This document shows positions 13,607 to 27,457 of a DNA stretch of 64,000 nucleotides, piece after piece; the first letter of the stretch is position 1; each line of letters opens with the position of its first letter. Source of the DNA: Octopus sinensis (Eukaryota); assembly GCF_006345805.1 (NCBI RefSeq), contig NC_043003.1:31000001-31064000 (forward strand). Direction: 5' to 3'. Made by a program: the position numbers and the translations under genes. Under the pieces are notes generated by a model that worked only from the letters and a program-made list of their open reading frames with translations, had not been told where the DNA came from and did no database searches.

Positions 13607-16600
13607 CTCTTTAAAATATTTGTAGGAAATAACTTTTTTAACGTTATTCATATTGATGACGCCTGGGAACAATTTGTCCATTCCAATACAGTTATGTAAC
13701 CTCGTTGAAAGCTCTGTGACGTCGGTCATGTTCGGTTTAAGATGTTCTCTATACCATGTTATCAATTGCTGGCAACTCATATCTTTTACTTTGAACTGTG
13801 TCAGTACCATCACGGAAATTGTTGTAGGATTAACTACGTCAATAAGGAGCGAAGAGAGATTTGAATAATTGAACAGAAAAAACAGATTGGAAGTTCTTGT
13901 TGGTGTTATGCCTAGTGTGCCATATGTTTGGTTTTGTACTTAGTGTTGTACTAGTGAATGTTCCCACCAGTTTTTTTCATAGGGCAAATCCAGGTTTTTG
14001 CAAATTACCCAGTGAATATATTGTGCAGCTGTATCATGCCTGTTGAGATACTCTGTAGGCGCTAGGTGCTGCACTTGGCGACAACATGATCAATGGTTTC
14101 ATTTTGCTGTTGACATAAAATTCACCTCTTCAAAATATTTGTAGGAAATAACTTTTTTAACGTTATTCATATTGATGACGCCTGGGACAATTTGTCCATT
14201 CCAACACAGTTATGTAACCCCGTTGAAAGCTCTGTGACGTCGGTCATGTCCGGTTTAAGATGTTCTCTATACCATGTTATCAATTGCTGGCAACTCATAT
14301 CTTTTACTTTGAACTGTGTCAGTACCATCACGGAAATTGTTGTAGGATTAACTACGTCAATAAGGAGCAAGAGAGATTTGAATAATGAACAGAAAAAAAC
14401 AGAGATGGAAGTTCTTGTTGGTGTTATGCCTAGTGTGCCATATGTTTGGTTTTGTACTTAGTGTTGTACTAGTGAATGTTCCCACCAGTTTTTTTCATAG
14501 GGCAAATCCAGGTTTTTGCAAGTTACCCAGTGAATATATTGTGCAGCTCTATCATGCCTGTTGAGATACTCTGTAGGCCTAGGAGGCTGCACTTGGCGAC
14601 AACAGATCAATGGTTTCATTTTGCTGTTGACATAAATCACCTCTTAAACTATTTTAAATTGTAGGAAATAACTTTTTTAACGTTATTCATATTGATGACG
14701 CCTGGGAACAATTTGTCCATTCCAACCAGTTATGTAACCCCGTTGAAAGCTCTGTGATGTCGGTTCATGTCCGGTTTAAGATGTTCTCTATACCATGTTA
14801 TCAATTGCTGGCAACTCATATCTTTTACTTTGAACTGTGTCAGTACCATCACGGAAATTGTTGTAGGATTAACTACGTCAATAAGGAGTGAAGAGAGATT
14901 TGAATGATTGAACAGAAAAAACAGATTGGAAGTTTGTTTGTGGTTTATGCCTAGTGTGCCATATGTTTGGTTTTGTACTTAGTGTTGTACTAGTGAATGT
15001 TCCCACCAGTTTTTTTCATAGGGCAAATCCAGGTTTTTGAAAATTACCCAGTGAATATATTGTGCAGCTCTATCATGCTGTTGAGGTACTCTATAGGCGC
15101 TAGGTGACTGCACTCTGAGACAACATGATCAATGGTTTCATTTTGCTGTTGACATAAAATTCACCTCTTCAAAATATTTGTAGGAAATAACTTTTTTAAC
15201 GTTATTCATATTGATGATGCCTGGGAACAATTTGTCCATTCCAGTACAGTTATGTAACCCCGTTGAAAGCTCTGACGTCGGTCATGTCCGGTTTAAGATG
15301 TTCTCTATACCATGTTATCAATTGCTGGCAACTCATATCTTTTACTTTGAACTGTGTCAGTACCATCACGGAAATTGTTGTAGGATTAACTACGTCAATA
15401 AGGAGCGAAGAGAGATTTGAATAATAGAACAGAAAAAACAGATTGGAAGTTCTTGTTGGTGTTATGCCTAGTGTGCCATATGTTTGGTTTTGTACTTAGT
15501 GTTGTACTAGTGAATGTTCCCACCAGTTTTTTTCATAGGGCAAATCCAGGTTTTTGCAAGTTACCCAGTGAATATATTGTGCAGCTCTATCATGCCTGTT
15601 GAGATACTCTGTAGGCGCTAGGAGGCTGCACTTGGCGACAACATGATCAATGGTTTCATTTTGCTGTTGACATAAAATTCACCTCTTCAAAATATTTGTA
15701 GGAAATAACTTTTTTAACGTTATTCATATTGATGACGCCTGGGACCAATTTGTCCATTCCAACACAGTTATGTAACCCCGTTGAAAGCTCTGTGATGTCG
15801 GTTATGTCCGGTTTAAGATGTTCTCTATACCATGTTATCAATTGCTGGCAACTCATATCTTTTACTTTGAACTGTGTCAGTACCATCACGGAAATTGTTG
15901 TAGGATTAACTACGTCAATAAGGAGTGAAGAGAGATTTGAATGATTGAACAGAAAAAACAGATTGGAAGTTCTTGTTGGTGTTATGCCTAGTGTGCCATA
16001 TGTTTGGTTTTGTACTTAGTGTTGTACTAGTGAATGTTCCCACCAGTTTTTTTCATAGGGCAAATCCAGGTTTTTGAAAATTACCCAGTGAATATATTGT
16101 GCAGCTCTATCATGCCTGTTGAGGTACTCTATAGGCGCTAGGTGACTGCACTCTGAGACAACATGATCAATGGTTTCATTTTGCTGTTGACATAAAATTC
16201 ACCTCTTCAAAATATTTGTAGGAAATAACTTTTTTAACGTTATTCATATTGATGACGCCTGGGAACAATTTGTCCATTCCAACACAGTTATGTAACCCCG
16301 TTGAAAGCTCTGTGATGTCGGTCATGTCCGGTTTAAGATGTTCTCTATACAATGTTATCAATTGCTGGCAACTCATATCTTTTCTTTGAACTGTGTCGGT
16401 ACCATCATGGAAATTGTTGTAGGATTAACTACGTCAATAAGGAGTGAAGAGAGATTTGAATGATTGAACAGAAAAAACAGATTGGAAGTTCTTGTTGGTG
16501 TTATGCCTAGTGTGCCATATGTTTGGTTTTGTACTTAGTGTTGTACTAGTGAATGTTCCCACCAGTTTTTTTCATAGGGCAAATCCAGGTTTTTGCAAGT

Positions 16601-19600
16601 TACCCAGTGAATATATTGTGCAGCTCTATCATGCCTGTTGAGATACTCTGTAGGTGCTAGGAGGCTGCACTTGGCGACAACATGATCAATGGTTTCATTT
16701 TGCTGTTGACAGAAAATTCGCCTTCGTTATCTCTTTAATAATTTTGTAGGAAATAATTTTTTAACTGTTATTTACATTATTGTTGACGCCTGGAATTTGT
16801 CCATTCAACACAGTTATGTAACCCGTTAGAAAGCTCTGTGACGTCGGTCATGTCCGGTTTAAGATGTCCTATACATGTTATCAATTGCTGGCAACTCATA
16901 TCTTTTACTTTGAACTGTGTCAGTACCATCACGGAAATTGTTGTAGGATTAACTACGTCAATAAGGAGCGAAGAGAGATTTGAATAATAGAACAGAAAAA
17001 ACAGATTGGAAGTTCTTGTTGGTGTTATGCCTAGTGTGCCATATGTTTGGTTTTGTACTTAGTGTTGTACTAGTGAATGTTCCCACCAGTTTTTTTCATA
17101 GGGCAAATCCAGGTTTTTGAAAATTACCCAGTGAATATATTGTGCAGCTCTATCATGCCTGTTGAGGTACTCTATAGGCGCTAGGTGACTGCACTCTGAG
17201 ACAACATGATCAATGGTTTCATTTTGCTGTTGACATAAAATTCACCTCTTTAAAATATTTGTAGGAAATAACTTTTTTAACGTTATTCATATTGATGACG
17301 CCTGGGAACAATTTGTCCATTCCAATACAGTTATGTAACCCCGTTGAAAGCTCTGTGATGTCGGTCATGTCCGGTTTAAGATGTTCTCTATACCATGTTA
17401 TCAATTGCTGGCAACTCATATCTTTTACTTTGAACTGTGTCAGTACCATCACAGAAATTGTTGTAGGATTAACTACGTCAATAAGGAGCGAAGAGAGATT
17501 TGAATAATAGAACAGAAAAAACAGATTGGAAGTTCTTGTTGGTGTTATGCCTAGTGTGCCATATGTTTGGTTTTGTACTTAGTGTTGTACTAGTGAATGT
17601 TCCCACCAGTTTTTTTCATAGGGCAAATCCAGGTTTTTGAAAATTACCCAGTGAATATATTGTGCAGCTCTATCATGCCTGTTGAGGTACTCTATAGGCG
17701 CTAGGTGACTGCACTCTGAGACAAATGATCAATGGTTTCATTTTGCTGTTGACATAAAATTCACCTCTTTAAAATATTTGTAGGAAATAACTTTTTTAAC
17801 GTTATTCATATTGATGACGCCTGGGAACAATTTGTCCATTCCAATACAGTTATGTACCCCGTTGAAAGCTCTGTGACGTCGGTCATGTCCGGTTTAAGAT
17901 GTCTCTATACCATGTTATCAATTGCTGGCAACTCATATCTTTTACTTTGAACTGTGTCAGTACCATCACGGAAATTGTTGTAGGATTAACTACGTCAATA
18001 AGGAGCGAAGAGAGATTTGAATAATAGAACAGAAAAAACAGATTGGAAGTTCTTGTTGGTGTTATGCCTAGTGTGCCATATGTTTGGTTTTGTACTTAGT
18101 GTTGTACTAGTGAATGTTCCCACCAGTTTTTTTCATAGGGCAAATCCAGGTTTTTGCAAGTTACCCAGTGAATATATTGTGCAGCTCTATCATGCCTGTT
18201 GAGATACTCTGTAGGCGCTAGGAGGCTGCACTTGGCGACAACATGATCAATGGTTTCATTTTGCTGTTGACAGAAAATTCGCCTCTTTATAATATTTGTA
18301 GGAAATAACTTTTTTAACGTTATTCATATTGATGACGCCTGGGAACAATTTGTCCATTCCAACACAGTTATGTAACCCTGTTGAAAGCTCTGTGACGTCG
18401 GTCATGTCCGGTTTAAGATGTTCTCTATACCATGTTATCAATTGCTGGCAACTCATATCTTTTACTTTGAACTGTGTCAGTACCATCACGGAAATTGTTG
18501 TAGGATTAACTACGTCAATAAGGAGCGAAGAGAGATTTGAATAATAGAACAGAAAAAACAGATTGGAAGTTCTTGTTGGTGTTATGCCTAGTGTGCCATA
18601 TGTTTGGTTTTGTACTTAGTGTTGTACTAGTGAATGTTTCACCAGTTTTTTCATAGGGCAAATCCAGGTTTTTGAAAATTACCCAGTGAATATATTGTGC
18701 AGCTCTATCATGCCTGTTGAGGTACTCTATAGGCGCTAGGTGACTGCACTCTGAGACAACATGATCAATGGTTTCATTTTGCTGTTGACATAAAATTCAC
18801 CTCTTTAAAATATGTAGGAAATAACTTTTTTAACGTTATTCATATTGATGACGCCTGGGAACAATTTGTCCATTCCAATACAGTTATGTAACCCCGTGAA
18901 AGCTCTGTGATGTCGGTCATGTCCGGTTTAAGATGTTCTCTATACCATGTTATCAATTGCTGGCAACTCATATCTTTTACTTTGAACTGTGTCAGTACCA
19001 TCACGGAAAAGTGTGTAGGATTAACTACGTCAATAAGGAGCGAAGAGAGATTTGAATAATAGAACAGAAAAAACAGATTGGAAGTTCTTGTTGGTGTTAT
19101 GCCTAGTGTGCCATATGTTTGGTTTTGTACTTAGTGTTGTACTAGTGAATGTTCCCACCAGTTTTTTCATAGGGCAAATCCAGGTTTTTGAAAATTACCC
19201 AGTAATATATTGTGCAGCTCTATCATGCCTGTTGAGGTACTCTATAGGCGCTAGGTGACTGCACTCTGAGACAACATGATCAATGGTTTCATTTTGCTGT
19301 TGACATAAAATTCACCTCTTTAAAATATTTGTAGGAAATAACTTTTTTAACGTTATTCATATTGATGACGCCTGGGAACAATTTGTCCATTCCAATACAG
19401 TTATGTAACCCCGTTGAAAGCTCTGTGACGTCGGTCATGTCCGGTTTAAGATGTTCTCTATACCATGTTATCAATTGCTGGCAACTCATATCTTTTACTT
19501 TGAACTGTGTCAGTACCATCACGGAAATTGTTGTAGGATTAACTACGTCAATAAGGAGCGAAGAGAGATTTGAATAATAGAACAGAAAAAAGATTGGAAG

Positions 19601-20718
19601 TTCTTTTGGTGTTATGCCTAGTGTGCATATGTTGGTTTTGTACTTAGTGTTGTACTAGTGAATGTTCCCACCAGTTTTTTCATAGGGCAAATCCAGGTTT
19701 TTGCAAGTTACCCAGTGCAGCTCTATCATGCTGTTGAGATACTCTGTAGGCGCTAGGAGGCTGCACTTGGCGACAACATGATCAATGGTTTCATTTTGCT
19801 GTTGACATAAAATTCACCTCTTATAATATTCGTAGGAAATAACTTTTTTAACGTTATTCATATGATGACGCCTGGGAACAATTTGTCCATTCCAACACAG
19901 TTATGTGTAACCCCGTTGAAAGCTCTGTGATGTCGGTCATGTCCGGTTTAAGATGTTCTCTATACAATGTTATCAATTGCTGGCAACTCATATCTTTTCT
20001 TTGAACTGTGTCAGTACCATCATGGAAATTGTTGTAGGATTAACTACGTCAATAAGGAGTGAAGAGAGATTTGATGATTGAACAGAAAAAACAGATTGGA
20101 ATTCTTGTTGGTGTATGCCTAGTGTGCCATATGTTGGTTTTGTACTTAGTGTTGTACTAGTGAATTTCCCACCAGTTTTTTTCATAGGGCAAATCCAGGT
20201 TTTTGCAAGTTACCCAGTGAATATATTGTGCAGCTCTATCATGCCTGTTGAGATACTCTGTAGGCGCTAGAAGGCTGCACTTGGCGACAACATGATCAAT
20301 GGTTTCATTTTGCTGTTGACATAAAATTCACCTCTTTAAAATATTTGTAGGAAATAACTTTTTTAACGTTATTCATATTGATGACGCCTGGGAACAATTT
20401 GTCCATTCCAATACAGTTATGTAACCCCGTTGAAAGCTCTGTGATGTCGGTCATGTCCGGTTTAAGATGTTCTCTATACCATGTTATCAATTGCTGGCAA
20501 CCCATATCTTTTACTTTGAACTGTGTCAGTACCATCACGTAAATTGTTGTAGGATTAACTACGTCAATAAGGAGCGAAGAGAGATTTGAATGATTGAACA
20601 GAAAAAACAGATTGGAAGTTCTTGTTGGTGTTATGCCTAGTGTGCCATATGTTTGGTTTTGTATTTAGTGTTGTACTAGTGAATGTTCCCACCAGTTTTT
20701 TTTATAGGGCAAATCCAG
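13444..20718. repeat. Composite tandem array, 14 full units of ~518 bp plus a partial unit
   Basis: Marker 'ccaccagttttttt' at ~13444, 13964, 14482, 15003, 15520, 16040, 16559, 17083, 17603, 18120, 18640, 19155, 19668, 20169, 20689. Confidence 0.97.
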
Positions 20719-20877
20719 AGTTTGATTTTCCTTTTCATTTTTTTTTGTTTTGGTGGTGGGGAATGTAAAAAACATATTTGTCAAGTATTGGGGTCAGTGC
20801 ACTCAGCTAGTCCTCTCCCTATAACTTCAGTCCTTGTGCCTATAGTAGAAGGGATTATTATTATTATCATTATTATT

Positions 20878-21512
20878 AAGGTGGTGAGCTTGCAGACTTG
20901 TAAGCATGCCAAACAAAATGCTTAGCAGCATTTCATCGGTTCCTACATGCTGAGTTCAAATTGTGCCAAGATCAACTTTGCCTTTCATCCTTTCAGAGTT
21001 GATAAATCAAGTACTAGTGAAACAATGGGGTCAGTGTAATCGACTAGTCCCCTTCCTCAAACATTTCAGGTCTTGTGCTTTTAATAGAAAGTATTATTAT
21101 TCATTAGTGGTGGATGGAAAAATCAACAGGACTAAAATACTTTGTAGACTAAATTACTTTGTGGTGTTTAGTTTGATCTTTTTATATTTGAAGACCAAAT
21201 CCACCAGGTTATATTTTGCCCTTCATCTTTTGGGGGTCAATAAAATAATGTAGCACTCAAAGACCGGGATCAACATGATCAACTCCCACCAAATTTCTGG
21301 CCTTATGTATTTGTAATAATATTAATGATTTCAAATTTTGGCACAAAGCCAGCAGTTTTTGAGGGAAGGGGTAAGTCAATTTTATTGACCACAATAGGAT
21401 AGACGGCAAAGTCAACCTCACCAGAATTTGAACTCAGAACATAAAGATGGGTGAAATACCACTAAGCATTTTGTCCATCATGCTAACAATTCAGCCAGCT
21501 CACTACCTTAAT
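20878..21512. mobile_element. Cluster of decayed family-A SINEs (+ at ~20878-21090 and ~21180-21320; - at ~21330-21512)
   Basis: 'gagttcaaatt...actttgcctttcatccttt' on +; 'ggcaaagtcaacctcaccagaatttgaactc' as the reverse complement. Confidence 0.75.
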
Positions 21513-21988
21513 ATTAAATTATAGTAATTATTATTATCATTATTTTAATAAAAGTCTAAGATTTGTTATTAATGTGTGGGCATATTTATATACTCAAGAT
21601 TTTCCGTACATGTAAATATCTATTTTTGACAAGAACAATTCCTGGAACATTAACATTTATATATATTGTAAAAGAGAGGCACAGTAGCTTTAGAGTTAAG
21701 ATGCTGGCCTGTAAACGAAGTGGTCATCAGATAACCCATTGTGTTGTCAACTAAGGAAAAGTATAGTGTTTCATTGAGCCTATTCTTTCTAGCCAAAGAC
21801 TCTCCAGATCTTTCTTGACAGTTATGTGATTGATCAGAGGCTAGGGAAGACACCCAGCTCCAAAGTAAATGAAAGTGATTGAATTTATTGTCTGTTTGTG
21901 TGTGTATAGTTTATATTATATTATACACACATACATATATGTCTATATGTGTATTGTATAATGTATACATATGCTTATATAAGTATAT

Positions 21989-22030
<42 letters not shown>

Positions 22031-24243
22031 TGCACATGTATTATATTGGTGTGTGTGTGTGTATATATAATATATATGCATTTATTTGTGTAATATATAT
22101 GTATTTTATATACACATTACTGTAATTTTAAGCAACTGCATTCAAAACTCATATCTCATCTCTAAGATTGTAAGAAAGTTATGGAAACTTGGATATCTTA
22201 AGATATACTTTGACCAAACTTATTAATATAGAATTACTGTACTAGCATCACCAATATTAGATATTCCTGTCAAGCATCAAAGCCTTTGAATGCTGTTGCA
22301 TTATATTCTACGCTCAATATAAGGTATTTTATATGTCTAGAGATTTGATAGCAGTATTCTTGTTTTTTTGTTTTTTTCCTAACCATTGATTCCGTCCCTG
22401 AAAGAATTAAGTTTCTACAGCTAGGTTCAAAGATGGTTCAAAAAGACGCAAAATAAAATGAAATAAAATAAACTAAAATGAAAATAAACATACAAAATGG
22501 AAATATTCTTAAAATATACATCCTATTTTCAAACTATATTTTCTTGTAGTGGTCTACCCAATTCTTGCCATTTACACAAAAGGGAAACAGTCACTGATAT
22601 TATCAGAAGCATTTTCTTTTTAATATTGTGCCCTTTATATTAGTGTTTGGTATCTTTTAAAAGGTGTTTTGATCCCATGAATGATGGTGTGGTACCAAAT
22701 GTTCACAAGTCGAATGTCAAGTATTTACTTCCTTCTCATAAAAATCACATTTTGTGGTATACGTTTTATATATTTTTTTTTTTGTAATTTATTCAATTTG
22801 GAAGTATTTTTTTTTCCATAAAATAGAAATGTTTTAACTCTTAATCTTTGTCAACAACTTAAGAAAGAAAAAAAAAAAATGAAAGTATTTCAGAATCTCA
22901 CTCTATTTTTTTGCTTCATGGAAAACAAACTACTTCTCTTTTTTCACATCAAGTAATTTCTAGATAACTAAGAAAGGGAGAATAAAAGATAATTCTCTTG
23001 TTTTGGAGGATTAAATATATTATCTATCTGTGGGGTGTTATTTTTATTATATTTACTATAAAATGAATTGTAAATATCTGGTAATCATTAATGGGTTGTT
23101 GGGTCTTCATTTAATGATCTCATCTTCATGGTAGTGTTGGAGTGCAAATCTGTCTGGCATAGTTTATGCCTCTTTTGGCTTTTGCCTACTGCCAGGAATT
23201 ACAGGTATATGGCATGAGAATTGAACCCATGTCACTGACTTGGTTTGCTGGAAGCTTATTCTCCTGTGTGTATGCCACTATATCATTTATCAAAATGGAA
23301 AACCTATTTTTCTCTCTTTATAAAAGAAAATCAAATTATCAAATATTGTAAAATCTTTTTGTGCTGTAGTCATAGAAATAGTAGTAGAAATATTATAATA
23401 ATAATAATGATGATGATGTCTTTTTCATTGAAACCATGCATAACAGCACATTCTTACAAGTCTCACATTTCAGTCTGAGTATTTATTGCTGTATGTTCTT
23501 CTAATATCAGATAGTTTTTTTTCTTTTTGTTGTTCCCAATTTAACTTGTCTCCCATTCTCTATTATTAAATTATTTTGTAAAAAAAAAAAAAGTCAGTTT
23601 TCTCTAAGTTTAGGCGAATATTGCACCTGTATATACCATTGAGTCCATTATATCTTTTAGAATGTGATGCCCTACCTTCCTATTTTCTGTGGAAAAGGGA
23701 ATTTTGGGGTTCTAAGACATAACAATATCATATGGTTCTTGAGGTATAACAAATTTGTTTTGTAATTTGTCCAGATCTGATTGAACAACTTCAAATTGTC
23801 CTGTTCATCTTAAATTGTTCTCCTGGGAATCATGCATTAAGAAAAACTGTGACTTATTGTGACTTATTATCTCCAATTGCCTGTCCACTCATACCTATAA
23901 TATGTTGTCAGTATAATGCTTCCAATATGACAACAACCAAGCTGTATGTTTATATTCTAACTGCGATTTTTTTCTCCCTTTGGTGTTTAAGCATAATATT
24001 CCACAGTGTATTTCAGTAAGAAATATTTTGATTGTAAATGCAACCTATTGGACATCAATTTCTTGTAACTATTTAACAGATTCATGACGTCCTGACAGAG
24101 GGCTCTGCCAGGGCATCGGGTGTAAGGTAAGAACCATTTAGTTGCATAATTTCAACCTAAAAGTAAAGGTGGATTTGCTGGAAGCTTTGGTACTGGAGAA
24201 TACTTTTGGTACACCTTCCTCATTAAGAGCTTAATAGACCTAA

Positions 24244-24461
24244 CTCTTTAGCATTTAAAATGGCCCTATCTGGCCAAAATATTTCACTTGCTTTATGTTT
24301 AAACTGGCCAAATCTGGCTCCTCACACCTACTCTACATTGTCATTATAAAAACAAACTACTACGTCGCTGAAATCTTGAAGCTACAAGATAATTCATGAT
24401 TTATTCTAAATAATGTGAATAAATAAGTATTACATTTGACAGTAATCTGAATGCTAAAGGG
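24244..24461. mobile_element. piggyBac-like MITE (CCCTTTAGCATT-type TIR)
   Basis: ctctttagcatt ... aatgctaaaggg termini with degenerate TTAA flanks; homologous to 35409-35627. Confidence 0.7.
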
Positions 24462-24930
24462 TCAAAGTCCAAGTGTGGAAAAAATCCAGTTTCTGAGAAA
24501 TCCGCTTTTATTATTTTATGAAATAATTCTTCTAAAGCTTTAAGGCTAGAGTTTTATAAATGGTATGAGCTATTGGAACATCAAGCTTTTGGCTATAATA
24601 ATTTGTGAAATTATTCTCCCAAATCTTCAAGCCCAGGGCTTTGGAAATGATACAAGGCATTGGAACATCAAGCTACTGGCTATTATTTTATGATGTGTTG
24701 AGAGAAATAGTAAAATAAAATATTCCAATTTCAAGTGAGTTTGGTTTTATCCATTTATGACATTGAATGCCTAGCACAGTCTTAAATACACACACATGCA
24801 TATATACATGAGAGAGAGGATAATGAAACTGACATCCATCCTTATGTATATTCACGCAAACACACACACATGAGAGAGAGAGGAAAAAGAGCACAATGAG
24901 ACTGACATCCATAAATATATATATATATAT

Positions 24931-25163
24931 ATTTCTTTATTGCCCACAAGGAGCTAAACATAGAGAGGACCAACAAGGACAGACAAAGGGATTAAGTCGG
25001 TTACATCGACCCCAGTGCGAAACTGGTACTTTTATTTATCGACCCCGAAAGGATGAAAGGCAAAGTCAACCTCAGCAGAATTTGAACTCATAACATAACG
25101 ACAGACGAAATACCGCTAAGCATTCCGCCTGGTGTGCTAACGTGTCTGCCAGCTCGCCGCCTT
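24931..25163 (-). mobile_element. Young full-length family-A SINE
   Basis: Reverse complement of the 51353 copy, CpGs largely retained. Confidence 0.88.
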
Positions 25164-26460
25164 ACATGAGAGAGAGAGAAAAGAGGATAGTGAAATTGTG
25201 ACACAAATTATATATATATATACACACACAGATACAAGAGAGAAAAAGAGGATGATAATGAAATTGACATCCAAACATTTCTTAATGGAATTAGCACCAC
25301 AGACTAGAAAATGGATTTTGGCTACTATTTCCTGTTCTTTGAAAGTTTATCTCCTCTACTTGGTTTACCATGTCTTGTGACAAATATTACCTTGCTTGGA
25401 AATGGGTAAGGGTTGGTGTATCTGGCCATTGAAGATCTGCCTGAATGAACTTTGTCTGACCCATGCAAGCGTCAAAAGTGGCGATAATGATGCTGGATGA
25501 AATGTCTGCAACTATACTGGTTTTAAGGCCTTGATAGCTAAGTATAGTTTGGATGTAGTGGTCTCATAGTTTGATGACTAGCCCCAGCTGTTAGCACCTT
25601 GGTGGTATTTGAATTTGGAATACAAAGAACCAGAACAGATAATGCAAGACCTTTCATTTGATGCTCTCACAATTCCACTAATCTATTGCTCCGGATTACT
25701 ACTTTATTCATCAACCCCAAAAGGATGACAGGCCTTGGCAACATTTGAACTTTGATCACAGAAGGCCAGATTGACTTTTGCAATATATTCAGTCCCATGC
25801 TCTTACAACTCTGTTAGTTCATTGCCTGTTGTGTTGAATACATATTCCAGACCAAATGGAACACCCATCAATTACATTGTGTCTCCACCTACAGTAGTGA
25901 TTTCTACCTCTATACATTTACCTATTTTTACTTGGGAAGATAGATGGATCTAGTAATGGAAGTCTTTTCTTCTCATTGTATGATTCTTGTATCATCATAA
26001 CAGCAGGCACTTGAGAAGGCAAAAATCATATAGCCAGTCTGCTGTCATAGTGACAGTTAACTGGTTTGCTCATCGCTGGTCATTAAAATACTTCATCATG
26101 GGATGTTTCTTGTGAATTCAATGAAGACTGAGTGGCCAACTATGATTACAACTCTCTTTTGTTAACTACTTCATTTATAGTCAGAAAGATATCAGGACTG
26201 GATTATTGTCTTTGATTTTTTTCTTCTAATTTAATGGTTCTTAGAGATCTTATTCTCAAATAGGAAGTAAGCATATATATTGCCATCCTTTCTCTTCTCT
26301 TTATTCATGCATTTAATATACATATATATTATAATATTATATATATATATATATATATACCACACACACATGATATATATATATATACTATATATATATT
26401 ATATATATATATATATAACACACACACACACACTTATATATATATATATATATATTATAT

Positions 26461-26493
<33 letters not shown>

Positions 26494-26597
26494 CACACAC
26501 ATACATATATATATATATATACACAACACACATATATATATATATATATATATATTATAATATATATATATACAACCACACACACATATATATATAT

Positions 26598-26845
26598 CAT
26601 CATCGCATCATCATCATCATCGTTTTAACGTCCGTTTTCCCGCGCTAGCACGGGTTGGACGGTTTCGAACGGGGTCTGGATAGCTCGGGATGCCCCAGGT
26701 CCAGTCTAGTTCTGGCAGTGTTTCTACAGCTGGATGCCCTTCCTACGCCAACCACTCCGCGAGTGTAGTGGGTGCTTTTTACGTGCCACCTGCACAGGTG
26801 CCAGAGGGTCGGCATCGGCCACGTTCGGATGGTGCTTTTTATGGG
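26598..26845 (-). mobile_element. RTE 3'-terminal fragment with (CAT)n tail
   Basis: Reverse complement of the 4830-5044 RTE 3' UTR. Confidence 0.85.
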
Positions 26846-26878
26846 GGATATATAATATATACACACCACACACAACAC

Positions 26879-26949
<71 letters not shown>

Positions 26950-27015
26950 ATACACACACACAACACACATCATATATATATATATAATATATATATATAT
27001 ACACCACAACACCAC

Positions 27016-27072
<57 letters not shown>

Positions 27073-27123
27073 CACCCACATACATATTTATATAATCTAT
27101 ATATATATATATATATATAATCA

Positions 27124-27172
<49 letters not shown>

Positions 27173-27202
27173 ACATATAATATATATATATATACACACA
27201 AC

Positions 27203-27249
<47 letters not shown>

Positions 27250-27378
27250 ATATATATATATATCATATATATATATATATATTATACCACACATACTATT
27301 ATATATATATATTATATATATATATATATTACACACCACACATACATATATATATATACACATACATATATAATATAC

Positions 27379-27411
<33 letters not shown>

Positions 27412-27457
27412 TATATATATATATTATATATTATATATATATACACACACACACACA

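Noticed and set aside
13653-13868. Plus-strand 71-aa ORF repeated in the array (MTPGNNLSIP...)
   Set aside because: Antisense shadow of the minus-strand cassette; no splice or homology support.
13444-20718. CRISPR-like array or tandem gene cluster
   Set aside because: Units are ~518 bp and nearly identical along their whole length, with no unique spacers and no cas genes; eukaryotic context.
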